Assembly: GCA_000934665.2 (NCBI GenBank)
Contig: JYFJ02000451.1
Coordinates: 111,200-131,199, forward strand
Source: Catajapyx aquilonaris
Lineage: Eukaryota
DNA length: 20,000 nucleotides
Direction: 5' to 3'
Made by a program: the position numbers and the translations under genes. This document shows positions 1 through 8,870 of this stretch, piece after piece (positions within the stretch are counted from its first letter, which is position 1; every line of letters begins with the position of its first letter). Below the pieces are notes generated by a model. It had not been told where the DNA came from. It did not search any database and saw only the letters and a list, made by a program, of their open reading frames with translations.

Positions 1-1796
1 TGATAAAACTTCATTGTGAATATTTGTGCGTAACTCTTTTCGGAAGCGGTTCAAAAAAATTGAGGCAAAAGTGAAGGTTGGTGACATATGTTGCTCACCA
101 TTTTTTTCTGCTGCAGTAGAGGTGGACTTAATCCATGACATTGAGGGTTCTGTATTTGTACATAGCTGCATTTTTCTGGTGCCATTAATTTCGACTGATT
201 TGCTGAAGGGCCTGGACATCAAACTGGGAAACATTTTAGGCAATGTTTTGCACGTGGAATGAATGAAATATGCAACTTCACATTTTGGTTCACAGGCCTT
301 GTGTACATTTAGTTCTCCGTTTCATGCGACCCTGCAAGTCATGCTTAGTTCCGGAAAATCTTGTAGTGCAGAAAAAATTGCGAAGAGTAGCATTCTTTTA
401 TTATTTTATTTTTTTGGAAGAGGAGACTCAGTAGGTGTTTTTTTTATAGATGAAGCCATAACTCTGATGATATTGATGGGCAGGGATATTTGTCACATTA
501 TGTTCTGACGTGTTCTTCCATATGCTAGTCTGTTCTCCACTTATTTACTTCCATGAACACACACAAAAAAGAGAAGCAATTTTTTAAATGCAGTGCTTTA
601 AAAAAATTAATTATTCAAATTATTGGGACTTGGCTGGGGACAGAGCAATTTCAGCAAGAGTGGGTGAAAAGCCTGTGCCTACATTTTATATTGATTTTAA
701 ATGCGTTCGTGCCTCAGACTGTGGTCCCCCCAAGCCTCCATCTTCATAACATTTTTTCCTCCCCATTTTAACTCCATTCCGTTTCTCCCCTGCACATTAT
801 AGGGAGTGTTTACATTGATCCCTCCGCAGCCATGACTTAAGGAGTAACCCACTCTGGACTCAGTCGTACATTTTTATATCCACATTGTGTGGTGTTATGT
901 AATTACGTTATTCAACATCTCTTGTGCATAAACAAAAAAAAAGAGTGATATATGCTTCATTGGAATATGTTGTCAATAAAATTTTAAAAGTTCTGTAATT
1001 ACTTTGGTGTGAAAGTCAGCATTTTTTGGCCTTGCTTTTTAAAACTAATTATATGGCATGCACATGTATGGAAGCAAGAGTGACATGACATTTGCAATCG
1101 AGTCATGAAGGTAAGGAGATTACTTATGACATTGAAAATGCCTTTTAAAAATGAAGGTTGTGGGAATTGGACTGCAACTAAGTATTGTACCAGTTAGGAG
1201 CACATGGATCTTCATACGACCTTGATCCAAATTCTGGGAATTCAAACGATAGAGGAAATGGTTCAATTTTGTCTTCATCCTATTATTGTTGATCAAACTG
1301 AAAACGGGGAATTTTGTATGCCCTTTTTCATTGAGGCCTTGTGAAGACAAGTTTTTTTCTTTCTTTCCCATGTTTTTTTGTGAAGTGAACGGTATGCAGT
1401 ATGGAATGATGCGTGGCCACATTTTTTTTCTATCCCTCGGGGTAAAGTGCGTCACAAAGCTGAAGAATACAAAATCAAACTGGTTGAATCCATGCCCATA
1501 TGCGGATTGCCTGCATGGCGACAGGTTCGTTGACGAGTTGTCTGGTGGCCCCGAAAGTGATGCACTTCAGCTCTCATTAACAAGCTTGCGTACAAGTATT
1601 TTCTTCGTGACCTTGCAGAGTTTAACATGTTCCTAACATGCAACATTTTTTGTCTCCTTTCCACAGGTAATTTTTCTATGTGATTTAATTCAAAGCTGGG
1701 TCTGGAAATAAAAGGCTGACCTTAGTGAGCCAGTTATAGTTCTTCCAATGGGGGTTTACCAAAAAAATTAGTGATTGTTTGCATACTAGTGGAAGG

Positions 1797-1906
1797 AGAT
1801 AAGTGGTTGGGGAAATCCAGCATGCAAAAAAGGCACACATGGATGACGTATCCTGCAAGGCTTCTTCTTTTCTTTTTCTTTTTTTTTTGTGGCCACGTGA
1901 TATAAT
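1797..1906 (+). promoter_or_regulatory. Candidate proximal promoter: GATA (AGATAAG 1797-1803), kappaB-like GGGGAAATCC (1809-1818), E-box CACGTG (1894-1899), TATA-like TATAAT (1901-1906)
   Basis: Motifs read directly from the sequence. The TATA-like box lies about 60 nt upstream of the first ATG, consistent with a TSS near 1930. Function is inferred only. Confidence 0.45.
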
Positions 1907-1962
1907 AGACCTGGAGAGTGGGCTGTTAACAGAAGATCTTCACCCAGCCTCCTAACCAAGTC

Positions 1963-1970
1963 ATGATAAG
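1963..1970 (+). CDS. Coding part of first exon (ATG ATA AG, Met-Ile-Arg split across intron 1)
   Basis: Strong donor AAG|GTGAGT at 1970/1971. Splicing to the acceptor ttttattctgacacag|A at 2210/2211 gives ATG ATA AGA ATG TGG, in frame with the 2212 ORF. Translation could alternatively start at ATG 2212. Confidence 0.7.
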
Positions 1971-4900
1971 GTGAGTGGAATTTACATGTTCATGTGGTCG
2001 TTTTGCTTAGGAATTATTCTCACATATTCGGCATAAACCCGTTTTAGATGCTGTTATTGATTTGTAAGTGTGTTGATGTGGTAATAAGTATGCGGTGGTC
2101 ATGCTGGACAAGTGCATTGACCTGCCCTTGACCAAACCAGTTCCTAGTTGCAGTAACACTTGGAATATGTTCTAAGTGCAAGTATTGCATTGGCTTTTAT
2201 TCTGACACAGAATGTGGGCTTGGCTGGCTTCGTCGCTGCTTGTGATTGCCTTCACGGACTGTCAGTCTGATAAGATCTACTTTGAAGACAATCCGTTTCT
2301 GGCTCAGCGGATCTCACTGAAGCTCACGACTCCTCCTCCTGATGATGACACAACTGAACCTGTGACATTCAGACTGGGATTGATTGGACCTGCAGTGGGC
2401 TTGCCTGCTGTTCCAGGCCTACCAGAGCATGTGAGCGAGGAGTTTGTGCACACCACTGAAGCGCCTCATAAACCACCTCATCCTCCTCCGCCGCCACCAC
2501 CACCTCCTGAGCCGACGTTCAAGCCACAATCAATCTACCAAAGCACTTATCCTCCACCAACTTATCCACCTAAAGAAGATTCGAATGAGGAATGCAAGTG
2601 CACAAGTGACTGCAATCCAAAGAATGTAGATGGCACAGGATTAATCAACATTCGCATTGTTGTTGAGGTACGTTCACCACAGAACTGTTACATTTCACCA
2701 GAATTACTCGTATTAGGTATAATGGATTGACAATACTTCTTGATACACTAATATCACTGATAAAAGCTCATTACTATTGTGGGCAAAACGATGAAATGGG
2801 AATGGGTCAGAAGTTCCAACAAGTTCACTGTCAAACGAGTGGTGCCTTTACTCCCAACACTATTGTACATGTATCATCAGTTCAAAAAGAACTGTCCCAG
2901 TCATCCTGACGCGTGGGCTGGCCGCTCGACACACACAATGTAAGTTACATGGTGTGTGTCGAGCAGGCAGCACACACATCAGGATGACTGGGACAATTCT
3001 TTTTGAACTGATGATACAACAGAGCATGTTCACATTACGAAGTCCACTACTGTATTCTCATGCTGGAGTAGAGCTACTTTAGGTCAGGTTGGAATTCTAA
3101 TGAACTCATTTGAGCTTCTGAACCAGGCCATCTTCATCTTTTTGTCTGCTACAGTGCCTGCTGCCAGTTGAAGGTAATTTTGGGCAATAATGTGCCAGCA
3201 AATATTGCAATAGATAGGTGAATTGTTATCCATGAGGATTAATCCGCTAGATGAATTGTTACTTTTGTTAGCCATGAGGACCATTAAACCGCTGGGTGAA
3301 TGATTAGCCATGAGGAGGATTAATTCGCTAGGTGAATAATTATTCTCCACTAGTAGCGGATCCATGTGTGTGAAAAGGGTATGAAACACTCAATTAGAAC
3401 CAAGCTGCACATTGAGGGAACCAGTTGCTTTGTAAGTTTGTGGGATAACTTGAACAGCAACATGCTAGCGTCACTGCTGAAATAGCAGGTACAGTCAATG
3501 AATTTCATGTTTCATGTGTGTATTATTCTTTCAGCATCCACCTGGCGTGGTATGTGGTCATAAAGAAGTGTACTGCTGCTTTGAAAGTGAGCCATCAACC
3601 TATAAACCATTTGTCAAGCCAAGTAAAGATGACGGCTGTGGAAGGTACAATCTAATCCCAGTAGGAAATGTTCCTGTCAACTATGGCCAGGTAAAGAGTT
3701 AATTTAATACATGAGTACAGAGTACTTTTTATACACTACCATAACTGGATGATAACTCAAGTCCTGTCAATCATCCTGTGCAGGGGACTCCTGGCTAATC
3801 TGCTCTTCCCTGTGCGCTACTACTGACCATACAGCATTGGACAGATCACAAAAGTCAAAGCTAAAAAACTGTTAGGGGGAGTCTGAATATCATTGACGTG
3901 ATTGACAGGCCTAGATAAATTGTGTAGCTACTGTAGAGCAAGTAATTTTATACGTGACTTAAATTTCATACGCAAATCAATAATTTTATGTATGTAGCTA
4001 TATAGCAATTACGAAGTATCAAGATTAAGTTAGTTTTTGCCTACATTAGGCAACAGTATGCATTAACATTAATGGAACTCATTTACTTGTAGGCTCAGTT
4101 TGGCGAATTCCCATGGATGGCCATTCTGCTTAATCAGAACAGCACTTATGTTGGTCTGGGTGTCTTGATTGACCCTCTCCACGTCTTGACAGTTGCCCAC
4201 AAAGTTGCAAGCAAGCTACCGACTACTGTCAGACTCGGTGATTGGAAAGTAGCGGATTATGTGGAACCGTATCAATATGTGGAAGTGGGTATTAAGTGGG
4301 TCCGGATCCATCCAGAGTTCAACTCAGGAAACCTCCACAATGACGTCGCCATTATTAGGCTGGAATATCCAGTTGAATTAGCTCAGTACCCGCACATCAA
4401 CACTGCCTGCCTCCCGCAACATGGTGTCCACCTGGAGGACAAGCGACGATGCCTTGTTTCAGGTTGGGGACAAGACAACTTTGGGCCCAAAGGGGAGTAC
4501 CAGCAAGTGCTGAAGAGGGTGGACTTGCCTCTTGTTGGTGGAGACGAATGCGAGCAGAGATTGAGGAGAACCAGGTTGGGAGAGTATTTCAAGCTAGATC
4601 AGTTCAGCTTCTTGTGTGCTGGAGGAGAGCAGGGTAAAGATGCCTGCACTGTGAGTATACATGTTTTCACCTAAAATGCGGAATACGTTGGTTCCTTGGC
4701 TGTAAAATATAATTTTGCAACACATTTTATTACATTGAGAGTATATCACGTCTAGTCGAGCAAAAAGAAATGGCATGGTAGCCAATAAGTTACTTCCTGA
4801 AAGCTTACTGCTTTTTGATGTGGACATGGCAGCCACAGGACCGTTAAAATTTTTCAGTTAATTGCTTGAGTCAGTACAGTACATGTTTTTACAATTTTAC

Positions 4901-5213
4901 TCTCCTTTGACAGTAAATTATTATGATTAGGGAAGAGAGACCATGACGCAAGCAAATGTCTCTCTAGCGTCCCTGAACCTATTGTAGTTCAGTAACATTC
5001 ACGCAATTTGCAAAGTGAACGTGCTTCTCAATTATTATTGTTTGATTTATTTAGGGAGATGGTGGTGCTCCTCTGGTGTGCATGGAGAAGGGTCGGCAAA
5101 CAGTGATGGGACTTGTGGCCTGGGGGATTGGATGTGCTGACCAGGGACACCCAGGGGTTTATCTTCATGTCTCGAACTTCATCCCATGGATACAAGATCA
5201 GATTCATTCATGA
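1963..5213 (+). CDS. Clip-domain serine protease homolog (non-catalytic; CLIPA / prophenoloxidase-activating factor 2 / masquerade-like), spliced CDS join(1963..1970,2211..2667,3535..3690,4093..4650,5055..5213), 445 aa
   Basis: Manual splicing gives one open frame. It contains a signal peptide (MIRMWAWLASSLLVIAFTDC), a Pro-rich region, a clip domain CKCTSDC..DGTGLINIR..C..CC and a linker Cys (DGCGR). The protease-like domain shows AQFGEFPWMAIL, TVAH (His 4198-4200), HNDVAII (Asp 4342-4344), INTACLP, C-x-VSGWG, FLCAGGEQGKDACT|GDGGAPLVC, GLVAWGIGC and PGVY. All introns are GT..AG. Orthology is not established, so no symbol is given. Confidence 0.93.
2211..2667 (+). CDS. Exon 2: signal peptide, Pro-rich extension, first half of clip domain
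   Basis: ORF 2212..2730. Acceptor CAG ends at 2210. Phase-0 donor GAG|GTACGT at 2667/2668 follows the CLIPA-type motif DGTGLINIRIVVE. Confidence 0.9.
2870..3018. mobile_element. 149-bp fold-back palindrome in intron 2 (probable MITE / foldback element)
   Basis: Two 74-nt arms (2870-2943 and 2945-3018) around a single central G. 67/74 positions are complementary. Termini are TG..CA, and ACA flanks both sides (2867-2869, 3019-3021) as a possible 3-bp target-site duplication. Confidence 0.75.
3215..3343. repeat. Degenerate tandem repeat, ~3.5 units of 33-45 bp (core TAGGTGAATTGTTAGCCATGAGGATTAATCCGC)
   Basis: Units at 3215-3247 (33 nt), 3248-3292 (45 nt), 3293-3328 (36 nt) and a partial unit from 3329. 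Confidence 0.8.
3535..3690 (+). CDS. Exon 3: second half of clip domain (C..CC) and linker (GCG)
   Basis: Acceptor tattattctttcag|CAT and donor CAG|GTAAAG. 156 nt, phase 0/0. Encodes HPPGVVCGHKEVYCCF...DDGCGRYN...YGQ. Confidence 0.9.
4093..4650 (+). CDS. Exon 4: main part of trypsin-like (S1A) domain
   Basis: Acceptor atttacttgtag|GCT and donor ACT|GTGAGT. 558 nt. Encodes AQFGEFPWMAILL...GKDACT and matches ORF 4117..4674. Confidence 0.95.
5055..5213 (+). CDS. Exon 5: C-terminal protease-homolog segment with GDGG (Ser195->Gly) and stop codon
   Basis: Acceptor tttgatttatttag|GGA. Translates GDGGAPLVCMEKGRQTVMGLVAWGIGCADQGHPGVYLHVSNFIPWIQDQIHS* (TGA 5211-5213). Too short to appear in the supplied ORF track. 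Confidence 0.95.
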   Translation, partial: GDGGAPLVCMEKGRQTVMGLVAWGIGCADQGHPGVYLHVSNFIPWIQDQIHS

Positions 5214-5236
5214 GAGAAATGCTCATGCCGATTTCC

Positions 5237-5242
5237 ATTAAA
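5237..5242 (+). terminator. Candidate polyadenylation signal ATTAAA
   Basis: Common poly(A) signal variant 23 nt after the stop codon, with T-rich sequence downstream. Confidence 0.4.
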
Positions 5243-5461
5243 ATATTTTTCAAAGCTCGCATGTACCTGCTCATGTATGAATACAGCTTCCAACATGAAT
5301 ATCTTTATAATGATCTTTATTGTCCAGTTGTTTTATTTGATGCAGTGGAATGCACCTAGAAATATTGAAAATGTTCTCAAATGTTTGGAATATTTTGTGG
5401 TCACTGATATGAGGCATAATAATGACGGTAAGAGAAGAAACGTGGACTCTTCCAGAGAGTA

Positions 5462-5603
5462 CTATCGGGTTCAAATACTTTTGGCCACTTTATCCTGGTC
5501 TTCAAGGAACCCGTCACACACACTCACCTCCTTAACGTGGGGTCTGTGCAAAGGGTTGCTTCAAGACCATGATAAAGTGGCCAAAAGTATTTGAACCCGA
5601 TAG
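5462..5603. mobile_element. 142-bp TA-flanked MITE, Tc1/mariner-like
   Basis: Perfect 33-bp terminal inverted repeat CTATCGGGTTCAAATACTTTTGGCCACTTTATC, continuing imperfectly to about 65 bp per arm. TA sits on both sides (5460-5461, 5604-5605), the target duplication typical of Tc1/mariner. Confidence 0.8.
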
Positions 5604-7429
5604 TACATTCTGTTTATTAGTATAAATAAGAACGAAAACTCAAAAAAAATCAATTTTAATTTTATGACTCAAAACCTGTTTTCATAAAAGGCGCTTTTAA
5701 ATAGTTGACAGAAATGACGGGGAGAAGCAGCACTGGGTCTTTGAGTAGCGTGCTTTACCACTAGATGCCTTCCTCTCCTCATATACCACCCAACTTGCAA
5801 TTATTATTCGCCTTTCAGCCATTATTGCGAATTGTCTACAATGTAAAACACTACTGGTAAAAGTTATCTAATTCTATCTCAAAATATTACATCCTGTGAG
5901 ACATATCTATTTCCAAAAGAAATCGCTGACTTTCATATGCCTCAATTAAACCTGGCTAGCTATACTGCCATGATTGATACATGACATAACCAAATTCATG
6001 CACGTACTGACATTACAAAAGTGCGACAGTTTTTTTGCAGTAATTATTGAGACCTTTATTATACCTGTCCGCTTTATTTGCAAAATGTCTGATGGTCTCC
6101 GGACCCCTGATGTTTAGCAATTTATGGCATGTTCTCTCTCACCCCTTCGCGAATTTCTTTGTGGCCATTTAGACCTCGTTACAGGCTATACCTGTAGTAA
6201 ATGGCATAAATCTTCGGTAAGTTACAGTAGCTCCAACCGATAATGGTAATAATGCGGATTTTTACAGCATCGATAAAGCACCATCGTTATCGTTTGATTT
6301 GCGACATTCCTGTTTAGAAATTGAAAGTATATTGAACTAATTGAGCCCGCACCTGATACAAACCGTCTGGTTAGAATGTTGACAGCATTTTCAATTAAAC
6401 TTTTAAGTACCGGTACCGGTACCCCCGCAATTTTTTTCCGAACAGTCCACGTGCGGACTTACGTCCTTTCAGCTCGTAAAATAAAATCGCTATGACTGTG
6501 AAAATGCAAATCCGATTTCTAATCGGGTCTAAACCCGTTTCTCGTCTAATTAACAGATACTAAAGAGCAGTGAACTCTCCCTGGAGCTGGCTATAAGTAT
6601 ATGATATAATTTTGATGACATACACAGTAGGATTAGTATTAATCCCTCGGGTTTCACTTGAGCAGGAAGTAAGAGTCGTCATTAATGTCCTGGATTGTTA
6701 AATGAAAGGGTTTTGCAAGGAAGACTGTTTTGTGGTGTCAGATTCTGATCAATCGTGCTCTGGTTTTAAACAATAAAAAAAATATAGGAATCTGGAAGGA
6801 AATCTATTAGATCAAGTGACAAGTGCAATGACACCAATTGTTATTGGACATATTAATTTTTATGGCTGAATATTGTTTACTCATCATCTGCAACTGAATA
6901 CACACCATATAAAATAATGTGCAATGAACACATTCACTTAGAGCCAACGCAAAAGTATAACCGGACATTTCCCTATTGTGCGTTTAACCAATTTGCCCTC
7001 TCAATGAAATGAGTAAATCCGGACAGATAATGGAGCTTACTTACTCCTTATGTGGGAGACAAAATTGATGATGAAGAAACGAGGCTGCTTGGCAAGTCAG
7101 GAAGACCAAATCTGAGAATCTAAACAAAAGTTTTAAACCCTATTTTAGCAGACTAGGCCAGCTTTCCTGGTGATAGTTGACTAGAAAGCTACCTTTTAAT
7201 AGTCTGTTATGGGATCAGAGTATGGCATTTCAATTAATGCTGCAACACATTAGGGGGGGGGGGGGACTCCAAACAAATTCCAGTTATCAGTTCATTTGCA
7301 TAGTATCAGTTTTATGAGCAAACTGGCTGGGTCGGATTAGAAACTGACTCGAATTTCCTGTTCCTATGTGTGAGTTACTTTTGCACTCCATTTTGGCTGC
7401 TTACTCAATAATTGGTAGTAATATAACTA

Positions 7430-7484
7430 TAGCCTTTCTGACGTGTAACAAGTTCTAGCCTTTCTGACATGTAGCACGTTCTAG
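7430..7484. repeat. 26-bp direct tandem duplication (2 copies)
   Basis: TAGCCTTTCTGACGTGTAACAAGTTC followed by TAGCCTTTCTGACATGTAGCACGTTC, 23/26 identical. Confidence 0.85.
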
Positions 7485-7789
7485 AATTCATATATTAGTT
7501 TGAGCATTCAGATATTATTTAATACGTATATTATGGCAATTGGCTGAAAATGTAAAAATAGTTTAGATTGGATTATGGGATTATTTTATATTGAGAATTT
7601 CGCTAATAATGGGATTTGGCCATCACTTCCAGTAATTATGCTTAACTCGATTGGTATTTTATTGTGTGCATTTCAGTTCCTGGTGATTATTATTTATACA
7701 AACTTAACCACGAGTTGAAATAATCGCACGAGATTAATTTCTATTCCATCTCTTGATTCATAGGTGTTTGTGATGAGAAAGTTATTGCT

Positions 7790-8870
7790 TGTTTACACAA
7801 TGTCTTGGATCCGAAACGTGAAGCTGAACTGCTCATAAACAGATATTGAGACCAGTTTTTTTTGTTGAATATCTGCAAATCGGGTAAAAACTAGTGCCGG
7901 TCCTGCTCTACGTGCAGCAGTTCCATCCGCTTCTGCAATAATTATTCCATTCTGCTGAAAGAAACGAAATTGACACTAAAGCTTAGGCACACAGTGTAAA
8001 TCTCCAGACAAAACCTGTCTCAATAGCAAATGACCTTGGACAAAACAAGTTCATCCTGCTGCTGCGATGGAACTTTTTTCACTCTTTTCTCTCTCCTTTT
8101 TCTCTGTTGAGACTACTCGCTTGCCGCCTCTCATAGGCCCGGATAATTGATAGACATATAACTATTGTCCTCTCTGAAGTTATGCACCAGCCGCTGCAAG
8201 GTAATTATTTAATTGGCTTATCACAGTAAGTGCATAGGCCTCATTAATCTGCCCGGAATTGCATATCGCATTGCATTTGTAATACTGCAATGGAAAAGCA
8301 ATTGTCAAATTGTTGTCATTGCATTTAAACAATTTAACAATTATGTGATTGCAATGTGAACTTTATTGGTTTACTATGTACTATGACAATGTAATATCTG
8401 CTCTATTGTATACAATAGGCAGCACTTTTAAATTTTCAGCATGGATCCAACTTTATTCGAGGAAACAATTTGAAGAAAAGCAACAATGAGGTCCAGTATC
8501 TGTACATATCCGACCTCATTATTTGAGTCAACCGCAGCAGTCCCGTTTTATTTCTTTTGCTGATGTTCCAGTTCTTCCTGTCTCAGCAGCATCCCTCGCC
8601 TGCTTTGGAAATTTTGTGTAAGCTGCAGTACCAGGGCTTTTTAAAAAAAGTACTGGAGTTACATGTTGCCAGAGTAAAAGTCCGGAAGGTGGAGTATAAT
8701 ACGTGGGAGATGCATAAAATGCGATAGGCAGCCGTCTACTAGCTGCTGGGTAGATGAAAGTTTCAATCGTAAAAGTAGCAACTGGAGTACTTCCTGAAAT
8801 GACAGTCGAAGGTCCCCGTCGGGTCACCTCAGCCTCTATAAGTATGGGGGGAAAGGACACTAACTCCTGT
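7790..8870 (-). pseudogene. Possible degenerate spliced gene or TE-accessory gene remnant
   Basis: GC-richer blocks (~8510-8870, 8035-8194, ~7790-7954) are separated by AT-rich gaps. Minus-strand splice-like signals include an 80-nt GT..AG gap at 8034-7955. Translations are S/T/P-rich, then K/E-rich, then helical (LLQKRMELLHVEQDRH / FTRFADIQQKKL..FTFRIQDIV), but are broken by stops and frameshifts. No family is firmly recognised. Confidence 0.25.

Noticed and set aside
1..322. Minus-strand frame open for about 106 codons and running off the left edge (NGELNVHKACEPKCEVAYF...)
   Set aside because: No recognisable domain and no clean in-frame splice acceptor. It cannot be assessed without the adjacent sequence.
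1120..1664. Three overlapping ORFs of 70-116 aa
   Set aside because: Non-ATG starts, no motifs and composition typical of random frames.
2668..2730. C-terminal tail of ORF 2212..2730 (VRSPQNCY...)
   Set aside because: Intron read-through. The clip domain is completed only by splicing at 2667 to exon 3.
4383..4836. Alternative-frame and antisense ORFs over exon 4
   Set aside because: Shadows of the real protease-homolog exon.
6407..6422. 16-bp perfect palindrome GTACCGGTACCGGTAC
   Set aside because: A short (GTACCG)n microsatellite that is self-complementary by construction.
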